Source of the DNA: Candidatus Gastranaerophilales bacterium
Lineage (GTDB): Bacteria > Cyanobacteriota > Vampirovibrionia > Gastranaerophilales > Gastranaerophilaceae
NCBI GenBank assembly: GCA_944324215.1
Contig: CALUVP010000140.1
Coordinates: 139 to 64,138 of the forward strand
Direction of reading: 5' to 3'
DNA length: 64,000 nt
Both the position numbers and the translations under genes were made by a program. The notes beneath the pieces were generated by a model. The model had not been told where the DNA came from and made no database searches. It saw nothing but the letters and a program-made list of their open reading frames with translations. This document shows, piece by piece, positions 9,153 through 18,942 of this stretch (position 1 is its first letter; each line of letters opens with the position of its first letter).

Positions 9153-9308
9153 ATGCGTATCGAAAATGAAATGTTATCAAGATTTAACAATTTGGAGGAA
9201 CAGTCAATGAATAATTTCGAAATGTCATTATCACAAGAATTGGACTTTTTCTTTGATAATGTAATGGATACAGTCGTAGACTATTTTAAAGATGAAATCA
9301 CTTTATAA
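9153..9308 (+). CDS. Small acidic hypothetical protein, 51 aa (MRIENEMLSRFNNLEEQSMN...)
   Basis: Read manually; AAAGGA RBS; lies downstream of the sigma-28 promoter. Confidence 0.55.
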   Translation: MRIENEMLSRFNNLEEQSMNNFEMSLSQELDFFFDNVMDTVVDYFKDEITL

Positions 9309-9375
9309 GTTAATCTTAGCAAGACTCAAAAATATACTTTAGGAGAGCGTAAACAAAATCTTTGGATAAACTATC

Positions 9376-9460
9376 TTTACCCCAGTCTTCCATCTTAAAA
9401 AGACTTATCCCAAGGAAATTTACCCCTCCCTCAAGAAGATTTACCCCAAGGATTTACCCC
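9376..9460 (+). repeat. Four copies of TTTACCCC
   Basis: At 9376, 9419, 9440 and 9453. Confidence 0.8.
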
Positions 9461-9474
9461 CACCCCTCCATAAT

Positions 9475-9503
9475 CGGTTTGAATAAACATCAAGCCGTTT
9501 TTT
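9475..9503 (+). terminator. Intrinsic terminator
   Basis: CGGTTTGA/TCAAGCCG stem followed by T6. Confidence 0.55.
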
Positions 9504-9601
9504 ATTGTTCAAATTACAAAACATGACTTTTTAGAGATTATCCTTAAAACATATACAAAAGACTAATTTCTATAGTTTATGAAAAGCAGAATAATAATTT
9601 T

Positions 9602-10381
9602 ATGAAAAAATTTTTGAGTTTAGCAGCCTTAATATTATATTTAATACTTCCTTGCTACTCTGCAACATTTCAAGGCGGAGTATATGAACAAGGAAGCGGA
9701 AACGCCAGCAGAATTATAGACAAACAAACAGGCGAAGGTATCGGAGGAGCACAAATCAATCTTCCTAAACAGAACTACGCCACAAGAACAGATGCAAACG
9801 GATTTTTTGAACTGGATACACAAATTAACGGACCTAGCATTATGTCAGTTCAAAAAGAGAATTATAAACCTTTCACAATGACGGTTAATGGAAATACCTT
9901 CAATGCCCCTATTGTCGTGGGTATAGAAAAATCTAACGCTTCTGATTTAGCGCTCGATGCCAATATGTATCACCTTGGAGATGACAGCTACTCTGATTTA
10001 AGCGCAAATGCGGGAGAATTCAGAATGCAGGCTATAGGTCCTTTCTATACAAAACGCTTCACACTGAAAAAACTTGACTTAAGCAAACCAATTTATCTCG
10101 TAATCGGATCAATCATCGGAATAGACACAGCAATGGCACGTTCTATGGGACAAAATAAAATCCCAAATGCCTTTGCGTCCCCTCCTGAAGTGTATTTTAA
10201 CGGCAACAAAATTTCTGAAATTCAATTAAACGGTGACGGGCAAAAAATTAAGCTTCCTGCGAATTTAATAAGGAAAAATCAGGTTAACGAAATCACAATC
10301 AAAACAGGCAGAAACCTTATGCAAACTGCCTATATTGATTATGATGACATTGAATTTATGAATTTAATTATCGAAAACTAG
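9602..10381 (+). CDS. Exported protein with a carboxypeptidase-regulatory-like N-terminal domain
   Basis: Signal peptide; IIDKQTGEGIGGA...TRTDANGFF. Confidence 0.65.
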   Translation: MKKFLSLAALILYLILPCYSATFQGGVYEQGSGNASRIIDKQTGEGIGGAQINLPKQNYATRTDANGFFELDTQINGPSIMSVQKENYKPFTMTVNGNTFNAPIVVGIEKSNASDLALDANMYHLGDDSYSDLSANAGEFRMQAIGPFYTKRFTLKKLDLSKPIYLVIGSIIGIDTAMARSMGQNKIPNAFASPPEVYFNGNKISEIQLNGDGQKIKLPANLIRKNQVNEITIKTGRNLMQTAYIDYDDIEFMNLIIEN

Positions 10382-10399
10382 CCTATAATACTTATTAAA

Positions 10400-10945
10400 C
10401 TATCCAAGATAATTAACATGGGTCATTTCTGCATCCTTGAAACCAGGCATTTCCTTAAGGGCATTATATTCAGGAAGAACTTTTTTCTGACCGATTTCGC
10501 TAGCTGAAGCGTTAGATAACATTTCATTGACATTTTCAGCATTAAAACCATTTTTAGAAAGAAGTTCACCAACTCTGCGATAAGCTTGATCTAAAACACC
10601 CTCAGCCTTTTTACAGCTTTCATCTAACTTTTGTACAAATTGCATATGTTTAGCAAGTGTTTTTGCAATAACATTATCCGGTTGTGATAATAACTCATCT
10701 GTACCTTCAGAAGTTAAAACTGCTTCTCTTGTTGTAAAATCATCAATACAATCAATTTTTCTATTCTTTCTCGGTAACCTATCAACATAAATTTCTAATA
10801 AGGAAGTATCATCAAAAACCCTGCTCTCATAATTAATTCCTTTAGTTTCTTCCTTAAACATTTTTGCGATATTCTTCCAACGAGCCTTATTAGTAGTTAT
10901 TCCACTAATATCTAATTTTCCTCTAAAATTTACATTACAATCCAT
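10400..10945 (-). CDS. Hypothetical protein (N-terminus ...VNFRG)
   Basis: ORF with an AAGGAG RBS. Confidence 0.7.
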   Translation of the reverse strand: MDCNVNFRGKLDISGITTNKARWKNIAKMFKEETKGINYESRVFDDTSLLEIYVDRLPRKNRKIDCIDDFTTREAVLTSEGTDELLSQPDNVIAKTLAKHMQFVQKLDESCKKAEGVLDQAYRRVGELLSKNGFNAENVNEMLSNASASEIGQKKVLPEYNALKEMPGFKDAEMTHVNYLG

Positions 10946-11014
10946 AATTTTTACTCCTTTTTAGCTGACAAGTTAAAAACTTCTAAAAAATAAATTTGCT
11001 AGTTTATTCTATCA

Positions 11015-11584
11015 TTAATTAAGTTTATTCAAATACTCCATAATTTTTTTTAGTGCATTTGACCTATGTGAAATCTTATTTTTCTCTTCCTCAGATAATT
11101 CTGCCATTGTTGTATTAGTTCCCTTAATCAAGAAAATAGGATCATATCCAAACCCGTTTTCTCCTCTCGGAGCTTCAGATATAGAACCGTCACACACGCC
11201 TCTGCAGGCAAGCTCAACTTCGCCTTGAGGGTTAATAAGAGTCATCGCACATACAAATTGAGCTTCTCTGTTTTCAACCCCCTTCATTTCATTCAAAACT
11301 CTATCAATCCGCTTAGCCGGAGTTTCTGCGTACCTTGCTGAATGTATCCCCGGTCTTCCTTCAAGAGCCTTTATACATAAGCCTGAATCGTCCGCCAAAG
11401 TCCAGGTTTTACTAGCCTTCCAAGCCTCTTTCGCTTTTATTAAAGAATTCTCTTCAAAAGTTACACCATCTTCTACAGGATCAAAAACTCCTGATGGAAG
11501 AATAAATTCAATCCCAGTACCAGAAATCATATCATTAATTTCCTGCACTTTATGTTTATTAGACGTTGCTAAAACTATTTTCAT
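11015..11584 (-). CDS. rdgB: dITP/XTP pyrophosphatase
   Basis: ATSNKHKVQE, LADDSGL, GFGYDPIF, KISHR. Confidence 0.93.
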   Translation of the reverse strand: MKIVLATSNKHKVQEINDMISGTGIEFILPSGVFDPVEDGVTFEENSLIKAKEAWKASKTWTLADDSGLCIKALEGRPGIHSARYAETPAKRIDRVLNEMKGVENREAQFVCAMTLINPQGEVELACRGVCDGSISEAPRGENGFGYDPIFLIKGTNTTMAELSEEEKNKISHRSNALKKIMEYLNKLN

Positions 11585-11657
11585 ACCTTACCTCGCTCTT
11601 CACCTGTCTTAAATTTGCTCCCTCATTATGGGGCTGAGAACTTGTCAGAGAAGCAAT

Positions 11658-11733
11658 TGAGGAACACCAGTAGCCAGTATTCGAACCTGTAAAAGAAACA
11701 AAAGTGTTCCGACCAAATATCTACGTGCGTAGC
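11658..11733 (+). repeat. Palindromic element GAGG-stem-N36-stem'-CCGAC (same family as the coaBC insert)
   Basis: TGAGGAACAC...GTGTTCCGACCAAATATCTACGTGCGTAGC; ends match the reverse complement of 40151-40226, interior is unrelated. Confidence 0.75.
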
Positions 11734-11734
11734 A

Positions 11735-11768
11735 CCCCTCCCTAGCCCTCCCCTTGCAAGGGAGGGAA
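11735..11768. repeat. REP-like CCCCT...AGGGAGGG hairpin
   Basis: CCCCTCCCTAGCCCTCCCCTTGCAAGGGAGGGAA, similar to 45912-45946. Confidence 0.7.
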
Positions 11769-11773
11769 TAAAA

Positions 11774-12565
11774 TTATTGTCTTTTGTAATAATAATTAAG
11801 CTCTTTTTCAGTATCTAAAACATTTCCACCATCTCTGAATAATTTAATCTTAAATCCCATCTTGGAAAGACGATATTTTAGACTTACTAACAAAACCTCA
11901 AGTCCATATTTGCAGGAGCGAACAAAATTAATTGATGAAGCTTCCGCAAAGTATTTTGTAGGACAAGAAATTTCTCCGATTTTATACCCTTTATAAAGAA
12001 TTAAGGCTAACATCTCGTTATCAAAAATAAAGTCATCGCTACAATCTTCAAGCGGTAATTTCTCAAGGATTTCTCTTGTAAAACCTCTAAAGCCTGTATG
12101 ATATTCGGATAATTTTTCTCCGATAACAAAGTTTTCGAACTCAGTTAAAAATCTATTGGAAACAAATTTATAAAATGGCATTCCGCCTTTCAGAGCAGAA
12201 TTTCCGAGCATTCTTGACGCTATAACGGCGTCATATTCTTCAAATGCCATCATCGAAGCTATTGCAGGTATAAGTTTTGGAGTATACTGATAATCCGGAT
12301 GAAGCATTATTACAATATCAGCACCAGCTTTTAACGCTGCACGATAGCACGATTTTTGATTGCCGCCATAACCCTTATTTTTTTCGTGCACAATGGTTGT
12401 TATATTTAGCCCTTTGGCTATCTCCTTTGTCTTATCATAAGAGAAATCGTCGACAAGGATTATCTCGTCGACGAAATTTTGATAAATCTCATTATAAGTT
12501 TTTTCTAATGTTTTTTCTGCATTATATGCCGGCATTATTACTACAACTTTTTTGTTGTTAATCAT
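11774..12565 (-). CDS. Glycosyltransferase family 2
   Basis: MPAYNAE, VDDFSYD, NKGYGGNQK, HPDYQY. Confidence 0.88.
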   Translation of the reverse strand: MINNKKVVVIMPAYNAEKTLEKTYNEIYQNFVDEIILVDDFSYDKTKEIAKGLNITTIVHEKNKGYGGNQKSCYRAALKAGADIVIMLHPDYQYTPKLIPAIASMMAFEEYDAVIASRMLGNSALKGGMPFYKFVSNRFLTEFENFVIGEKLSEYHTGFRGFTREILEKLPLEDCSDDFIFDNEMLALILYKGYKIGEISCPTKYFAEASSINFVRSCKYGLEVLLVSLKYRLSKMGFKIKLFRDGGNVLDTEKELNYYYKRQ

Positions 12566-12670
12566 TACTACTTTTCACTTTCCAGTATATAGAATTTATC
12601 TATACTTATACCACCTAGTCTTTTAACTCAATCTTCCTGTTATAGTACGTGCCTTTGCAGACTTACTCTT

Positions 12671-13048
12671 CTAGCTTTCTACAGCCTCAGCTACTTCTTC
12701 AGAATCATCAGATTCAGCAACTTCCGCATTTCTGATAGAAGACTTGTCAGATGATAAAGCTTTATCTTTAAATTTCTTTACCTGTCTTGACAATTTGTCT
12801 GCTAACAAATCGATGCTTGCATACATAGATTCAGCAGCTTCCTCACAATGAACAACACCGGTATTCATTTTGCAAGATACCTCTGCAACGTGTTTACCTG
12901 TTGCTGCCGGATTTTTGATTACAGATAGAATTACATCAATTCCGGTAATCTGATCGTAATGATTAGCTACCTTACCGATTTTTTCCTTTACATAAGCCTT
13001 AATAGCATCTGTAATCTCAATGTTCTTACCATTTACGTGTATATGCAT
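12671..13048 (-). CDS. hpf: Ribosome hibernation promoting factor (RaiA/LrtA family)
   Basis: GKNIEITDAIKAYV, MYASIDLLADKLSRQVKKFK. Confidence 0.9.
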   Translation of the reverse strand: MHIHVNGKNIEITDAIKAYVKEKIGKVANHYDQITGIDVILSVIKNPAATGKHVAEVSCKMNTGVVHCEEAAESMYASIDLLADKLSRQVKKFKDKALSSDKSSIRNAEVAESDDSEEVAEAVES

Positions 13049-13104
13049 TTACACCTCCTCATGTACTACCTTTCCATTGTACAACATTATTCAACTTTTT
13101 TAAA

Positions 13105-13117
13105 GGGGGGGGGGGGG
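13105..13117. repeat. G13 homopolymer upstream of hpf
   Basis: 13 consecutive G in AT-rich DNA. Confidence 0.85.
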
Positions 13118-13238
13118 AAATTTATTTTTTGGGGGAAGCACAACTAAAAACTTGATGTGACAGAAAGGAGAGAAAACAAACAAAAAAGGTGCAATTTAGT
13201 AATTACACCTTCTTTGTTTACATCAATTAATTTAGTAT

Positions 13239-13508
13239 CTATTTTCTAACTATTCTAATAGCGCTATCAGGACAAGTCATTTCACACTGTCCGCAAGCTA
13301 TACAAATTTCTGGATCCGGTGCAACAGCTGGAGTTTGGTACAAACCAACTTCTTTAGACCATTGCAAACATTTTTTTCCGGCTTTGTTCATAGGGCATTT
13401 AGCAATACAAAGTCCGCAGCCTTTACACAAATCTGTGTAAACATAATAATCGGCTTTGCCCTTGCCAACACCTTCTATTTTGTAGCCATTATATTGTTTT
13501 TCTGTCAT
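13239..13508 (-). CDS. 2x[4Fe-4S] ferredoxin, delta subunit of 2-oxoacid:ferredoxin oxidoreductase
   Basis: CKGCGLCIAKCP and CIACGQCEMTCP; last gene of the operon. Confidence 0.88.
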   Translation of the reverse strand: MTEKQYNGYKIEGVGKGKADYYVYTDLCKGCGLCIAKCPMNKAGKKCLQWSKEVGLYQTPAVAPDPEICIACGQCEMTCPDSAIRIVRK

Positions 13509-13533
13509 TTATTTATCCTTCTTTCAATAAGTT

Positions 13534-14097
13534 TTATGCTTCTACTTTTGTATTGATAAGTCCCATACCCATTTCAAGAGCTTTGTAATTCAAATCTCTT
13601 AATTCAGGTTTAGCATCAAATTTCTTACCTAAAGCCATTTCCATAGCATTTTTAATATCGCTCAATTCAAGAACTTTTGTTGCTTCAAGGAGTACACCCA
13701 ATACAATTATATTGAAAACTCTTGCGCTAAGTTGTTCATTAGCAATTCTATTTGCATCAACACCGATAATTTCTTTACATTTTACTTCAGGTTTCTTGGT
13801 GCAAACAGAAGTATCATAAACAACAGTTGAATTTTCATCGACATAAGCTGTACATCTGTCAATTGCTCTATCAGAAAGCATAATTATAATATCGCCCTTA
13901 GCAAATCTAGGTTCGCCGATTTTTTCATCTGCAATTTGGCAAAAAGCAACAGAAACACCACCTCTTTGTTCCACACCGAAATTTGGTATATAAAGAATCT
14001 GTTTTCCGGCTTCATAACCGGCTTCTACAAGGATCTTTGCAATTGATTGAACGCCCTGTCCGCCTTCACCTGCTAAAACTATTTTTGTTCTTGACAT
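13534..14097 (-). CDS. 2-oxoacid:ferredoxin oxidoreductase gamma subunit
   Basis: AGEGGQGV, FGVEQRGG. Confidence 0.88.
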   Translation of the reverse strand: MSRTKIVLAGEGGQGVQSIAKILVEAGYEAGKQILYIPNFGVEQRGGVSVAFCQIADEKIGEPRFAKGDIIIMLSDRAIDRCTAYVDENSTVVYDTSVCTKKPEVKCKEIIGVDANRIANEQLSARVFNIIVLGVLLEATKVLELSDIKNAMEMALGKKFDAKPELRDLNYKALEMGMGLINTKVEA

Positions 14098-14098
14098 A

Positions 14099-14851
14099 CT
14101 ATACTCCTTCCGGTATCAAAAACTCTTTAACTTCAAAAAATTCTTCCATTTGAGCAAGTCTTCCAAAAGTATCAACGTTGTTTGTTCTCCAATTAAGAGG
14201 ACAAATTGAAAGAACTTCTACAAATGAAAAACCACTGTTTTGAACGTTCTTTAAACCTTTTACAAAAGTTTGTTTCAGCTTCATCATATTAGAAACAGAA
14301 GAACGTGCTACAAAGGATTTTTGAGGGTCAGCAATTGCCGCAACCATTTCAGCTGCTTTAGCAGGTTTACCAGTAACATCACAATCTCTTCCGTAAGGAG
14401 TAGTTTCAGTTTTCTGTCCCGGCATAGTTGTAGGTGACATTTGACCGCCAGTCATACCATAGTTAGTATTATTAACTACAACAATCATCATTCTTTCGCC
14501 TCTAACAGTTGCGTTTACAAGGTGTTGTGCACCAATTGCAAGTCCGCCTCCGTCGCCCATATATGCAATTCCAATTGCTTCAGGATTTGCCCTTGTAAAA
14601 CCGTATATTACAGGAGTTGTTCTCCCGTGGTGAGTTTGAACAGTATCCAAATCCATATAATTCCATGCCAATAAAGAACATCCTATATCGCATCCAAAAA
14701 CTGTTTTTTGTTTAATACCAAGTTCATCAATCGCTTTTGCTAAAGCTTTCAATGTTATACCATGCCCGCAACCCGGACAAAATTTGCTTGCTCCGACCTC
14801 TGCATTTTGTGCATCAGGTAAATTAGGAGGAAGAGTTAATATTTCTGCCAT
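14099..14851 (-). CDS. 2-oxoacid:ferredoxin oxidoreductase beta subunit (TPP binding)
   Basis: FCPGCGH, DIGCS, GDGG...NN, YGMTGGQMSPTT. Confidence 0.9.
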   Translation of the reverse strand: MAEILTLPPNLPDAQNAEVGASKFCPGCGHGITLKALAKAIDELGIKQKTVFGCDIGCSLLAWNYMDLDTVQTHHGRTTPVIYGFTRANPEAIGIAYMGDGGGLAIGAQHLVNATVRGERMMIVVVNNTNYGMTGGQMSPTTMPGQKTETTPYGRDCDVTGKPAKAAEMVAAIADPQKSFVARSSVSNMMKLKQTFVKGLKNVQNSGFSFVEVLSICPLNWRTNNVDTFGRLAQMEEFFEVKEFLIPEGV

Positions 14852-14868
14852 TGTTATATTCTCCTTTA

Positions 14869-15963
14869 TTAAACTGCTACCGCCATTGACTCAACTTTAT
14901 TAACAATATCATCACCTGTTACACCAACACCCATTTTGAATAGTGTTGAATACGGTGTGTTCAGTCCATAAAGTTTTTCAAGAACCATTTGAGCTAACTG
15001 TCCGTCTGCAGATTCCGTAAACAATATTTGTTTAGCCTTGCTTACTGCTGCTCTTAGAGGCTTAACCGCAAGCGGTCTTATTGTTATTGGTCTGAATAAT
15101 CCTGCTTTTATTCCTTTTTCTCTCAATTCATCAATAGCAGTTTTTGCAGAACGAGCTACAATACCGTGAGCAATTACAAGAATTTCTGCATCTTCAGCCT
15201 TGTATTCTTCATATTCTGCAATTTCTTCAGCTATTTTTTCATAATCAGCTTTATATCCTTCAAGAACTTCCATAAGCTCTTCTTCCATGTTGTAAGTATT
15301 TCTAAGATGAACAGATTTTCTGTCTTTGCCTATTTCACCTTCACCCAAAAGAGCTTTTGTAGTCGGTACCATTTTGATACCACGAGAAGCCGGATCATAA
15401 AGCATTACAGGCTCTCTCATTTTTCCCTGATAACCGTCTGCAAGAACGTAAGTCGGGAATCTATATTTCCAAGCAGTATTGAATGCTTTAATCATGTAGT
15501 CATACAAATCCTGATGTCCTGCTGTAGAATAAACTATTCTAAGTCCTTCACCATTTCCGCCAAAACAGGTTAATCTTGTTTCCTGTTGTGCATAAATTAC
15601 TGTAGCTGTGGAAGGTCCGCCTCTTTGCATAACCGCACAGACAAAAGGTATTCTCATCATTTCTGCCATTGACTGCGCATCTTGCATAATTACGTTTCCA
15701 GGACCAGCTGTTGCAGTAAATGCCCTTTTTCCAGCTAAAATTCCGCCAATTGTCGAAAATCCTGCAGAAATTTCATCTTCTGTTTGCAAAAATCCCGCAC
15801 CGGTTTTTGGAAGTAATTTACACCAAGTATGCATAATTTCATTCTGAGGTGTAATCGGATAGCCATACATAAATTCTGCTTCTGCAGAATTTGCCGCATA
15901 AGCCAGTACTTCATTTCCGGTTAAAAACATTTTTGTGTCTTCTTTAATAAGTTTATTTACCAT
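14869..15963 (-). CDS. 2-oxoacid:ferredoxin oxidoreductase alpha subunit
   Basis: GNE, YGYPITPQ, QTEDEI, QRGGPST. Confidence 0.9.
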   Translation of the reverse strand: MVNKLIKEDTKMFLTGNEVLAYAANSAEAEFMYGYPITPQNEIMHTWCKLLPKTGAGFLQTEDEISAGFSTIGGILAGKRAFTATAGPGNVIMQDAQSMAEMMRIPFVCAVMQRGGPSTATVIYAQQETRLTCFGGNGEGLRIVYSTAGHQDLYDYMIKAFNTAWKYRFPTYVLADGYQGKMREPVMLYDPASRGIKMVPTTKALLGEGEIGKDRKSVHLRNTYNMEEELMEVLEGYKADYEKIAEEIAEYEEYKAEDAEILVIAHGIVARSAKTAIDELREKGIKAGLFRPITIRPLAVKPLRAAVSKAKQILFTESADGQLAQMVLEKLYGLNTPYSTLFKMGVGVTGDDIVNKVESMAVAV

Positions 15964-16093
15964 AACAATAACCTTCCATATAAATCTACAGTTACATTCT
16001 ACTACAATTTCTACTTAAAGAAAAGAATTGTCAAAAAAAACTATAAAGTTTAAATTCAAATATATAATCAATATATTTTTGATAAAATACTGG

Positions 16094-17554
16094 TTATACT
16101 TGCATTTCAAGCAATATGTCATTAAAAACACTTTGCCAATCATTAATTTTATGTTGGCGAAAAAGTTTAACACTGTCATACCAATCACACTTGCTTAAAT
16201 CACTATGCCATCTCCAGTTAACCTCATAAGGAAGCGTTACCCAACAAGGTATTCCCATTGCCCCTGCTAAATGTACAAGAGAAGTGTCATTGCAGATTAC
16301 CAAATCCAAATTACTCAAAGCAGCTGCTGTTTGACCAAAATCTACAAGGTCTTTACCTATATCTATTATTCCATCCAAATCCTTTACATCTTCTGAGCCC
16401 TCAAAGGTTTGGAATGAATAGTATTGGGTATTTTCTACTTCCATCAAAGGTTTAAAATACTTAACAGGAATTACTCTATCCTGATCATAATAAGTATTCC
16501 CCTGCCATTTTATACCGACTTTTATTTTATCATTATCAAAATATTTCTTTTTATATTCTTCCGCTAACTGTTTATTTGGTCTTATATATCCTTCTGAATA
16601 AGGAAATACCTTTTCTCCCTTTAGTCCTAAAAGGTAAGGAAGGCTAAGTAACGGAGCGTGAACATCAAAATCCATATCTTTTTCCGGTATAAATTTCTCA
16701 ATCACTTCATCTATTCCTAGCGGATTATCTTTTAATAACGGCACCAGAGGTTTTTGAGGCAAAAATATAATTTTCTTACATTTTTCTGCAAGCAATGGAA
16801 TATATCTCAAAAACATTATTACATCGCCAAAACCTGCTTCATAGTATACATAAATGGTCTTGTCCTTTATATTTTCACCCTTCCACATATTCTCTTTTGT
16901 GACTTTATTCGGATAGGTTTTATTTCTTAATGCGTAGGCTGTTTCTCTACAAAGTCTTGTTTCAAATAATTTAAGACCTTTTTCATAATTTTTATCTCGC
17001 ATATACGCAAGGCTTAGAAAATAATCTATATCGATGTCATTTGGACGAATTTTTTTGCAAATTTTTAAAGCTGAAATAGCATTCTTTACTTCACCCTCTA
17101 TACTGTACAAGTGGGATAGATTAAACCAAGCATCGTAAGAGCCAGGGTTAACTTTTAATGCTTTATCATAAAATTTTATCGCGGTCTTTATATTTTTAAC
17201 TTTAGTATTTGCAAGAGCAACATTAAACAGAAGTGAAAAATTTTCTGGAAATAACTTTAATATTTCATCCTGACGTTTAACTATTTGTTTAAAAAGTCCT
17301 GCTCTTACATAAGCTTGAAAAAGTGTTTCATAAAAATAAGATTCCGGCTTACGCTCTATAGCTTTTTCTATCCAATTAATTGCAGAGATGACATCATTTT
17401 GTTGTAACTTTAACACTCCAAGCAAATTATATATTTCGGCATTTTCGCTATCTTGTCCCAAAGCCTCTTGATAGGCATTTTCGGCTTCTTCAAGCTTGCC
17501 CGCTTCGTGAAGCGAAAAACCTATATTGATTAATTTATTAACATCTGTTATCAT
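16094..17554 (-). CDS. TPR-repeat protein with a C-terminal GT9-like glycosyltransferase domain
   Basis: N-terminal TPRs; EAGFGDVIMFLRY, LDLVICNDTSLVHLAGAMG, WRW. Confidence 0.8.
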   Translation of the reverse strand: MITDVNKLINIGFSLHEAGKLEEAENAYQEALGQDSENAEIYNLLGVLKLQQNDVISAINWIEKAIERKPESYFYETLFQAYVRAGLFKQIVKRQDEILKLFPENFSLLFNVALANTKVKNIKTAIKFYDKALKVNPGSYDAWFNLSHLYSIEGEVKNAISALKICKKIRPNDIDIDYFLSLAYMRDKNYEKGLKLFETRLCRETAYALRNKTYPNKVTKENMWKGENIKDKTIYVYYEAGFGDVIMFLRYIPLLAEKCKKIIFLPQKPLVPLLKDNPLGIDEVIEKFIPEKDMDFDVHAPLLSLPYLLGLKGEKVFPYSEGYIRPNKQLAEEYKKKYFDNDKIKVGIKWQGNTYYDQDRVIPVKYFKPLMEVENTQYYSFQTFEGSEDVKDLDGIIDIGKDLVDFGQTAAALSNLDLVICNDTSLVHLAGAMGIPCWVTLPYEVNWRWHSDLSKCDWYDSVKLFRQHKINDWQSVFNDILLEMQV

Positions 17555-17745
17555 CTTTTCTCTCTTCTATGTGGACAAAATATATTAAAGTCTCTAATAT
17601 TTTTATTGTAACTGTTTCATTTATTTATTTCAAGTTATAACTTTTAGATGCTCTATATTAAGAAATGTAAAAATTCTCGGGTTTTTAACAATTTTTATCT
17701 AAAAAATTTCTTTATTTATATGTAACTAGTATAGGGATTTAAATT

Positions 17746-18078
17746 ATGTCAATTAGGGTGGAAGATATTTATAAAAAATTTCCATTTTTTAAAACTGAAG
17801 ATATGAATAAACTAATGAACGGCAGAAAAAACTATAACGGTAAAGACATCGTTCCTTTAACCAATATTGCTTCATATCAAGGCAACTACTCAAAAGATTT
17901 GTCCCTTTTTACCGCACAAAAGGAAGGCAGTAATTTCATAGAAAAGTGTCCGCCCAAAAAGCAAATCGGAATTGTTAATAAAATCGGTGCGGATAAATTT
18001 AATAATAGTTTTAATACACAACCTTTCAATAAAAATGAAAGTATTTTTGACATATCTAAACAAAGGAAAGATATCTAG
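17746..18078 (+). CDS. Hypothetical protein
   Basis: ORF with an AGGGA RBS. Confidence 0.6.
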   Translation: MSIRVEDIYKKFPFFKTEDMNKLMNGRKNYNGKDIVPLTNIASYQGNYSKDLSLFTAQKEGSNFIEKCPPKKQIGIVNKIGADKFNNSFNTQPFNKNESIFDISKQRKDI

Positions 18079-18080
18079 AA

Positions 18081-18932
18081 TTATTTTCTGCTATCTTCAA
18101 ACGTATTTTTAGCGTGATATGAACTTCTTACAAGCGGTCCTATCTGGTAGTTCGTAAACCCTACTTTTCTTGCAAGTTTTTTTAAATCTTCGTATTCTTC
18201 TAGAGTATAGTATTTAGAAACTTCCAAATGTTTTTTTGAAGGTTGAATATACTGCCCTATTGTTATAATGTCCACTCCTGATTTTTTTAAATCAATCAGA
18301 GTTTCTTCAATTTCTTCAAAACTTTCTCCCAAACCAATCATCAAACCTGATTTTGTTATTATGGAGGAATTATCTTTTACGTATTTTAAAACTTCAAGTG
18401 AGCATTCATAATTTCCCTGTGGGCGAGCGGTTTTAAAAATGGATTTTACAGTTTCAATATTGTGATTAAAAACATCTGGATTACTTTTGATAATTATATC
18501 TAAAGCATTTGTGTCACCTTTAAAGTCAGGAGTCAGAATTTCAATTTTGGCGTCAGAAATTTTTCTAATCTCTTTAATACAGTTTTTGAAATGTTCAGCG
18601 CCGCCATCCGGTAGATCATCACGAGTTACGGAAGTTATTACTGCGTATTTTAAGCCCAATTCTTTAACCGCTTCTGCGATATGTTTAGGCTCATCTAAAT
18701 CTAAAGGTTCCGGACGAGCGGGGGAAATGTTACAATATCTGCAATTTCTTGTGCAAACGTTTCCCATTATCAAAAAAGTCGCAGTGTTATGGGAGTAACA
18801 TTCACTTTTGTTAGGGCATCTTGCGCCTTCGCAAACCGTATTTAAGCATTTGGTTTTTAAAATCCGTCTTACGGCTTTGGTGGTTTCTGTATCTATTATC
18901 GGACGTTTTACGTATTCCGGAAGTCGTGGCAT
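18081..18932 (-). CDS. lipA: Lipoyl synthase
   Basis: CEGARCPNKSEC, CTRNCRYC, RSSY. Confidence 0.95.
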   Translation of the reverse strand: MPRLPEYVKRPIIDTETTKAVRRILKTKCLNTVCEGARCPNKSECYSHNTATFLIMGNVCTRNCRYCNISPARPEPLDLDEPKHIAEAVKELGLKYAVITSVTRDDLPDGGAEHFKNCIKEIRKISDAKIEILTPDFKGDTNALDIIIKSNPDVFNHNIETVKSIFKTARPQGNYECSLEVLKYVKDNSSIITKSGLMIGLGESFEEIEETLIDLKKSGVDIITIGQYIQPSKKHLEVSKYYTLEEYEDLKKLARKVGFTNYQIGPLVRSSYHAKNTFEDSRK

Positions 18933-18942
18933 TTTTATTCTC

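Noticed and set aside
8928-9600. oriC upstream of dnaN
   Set aside because: No TTATCCACA-like DnaA box cluster seen; the region is explained by a sigma-28 promoter and a small ORF
11658-11733. Integron attC site
   Set aside because: Lacks the RYYYAAC/GTTRRRY core sites, and there is no integrase or cassette array
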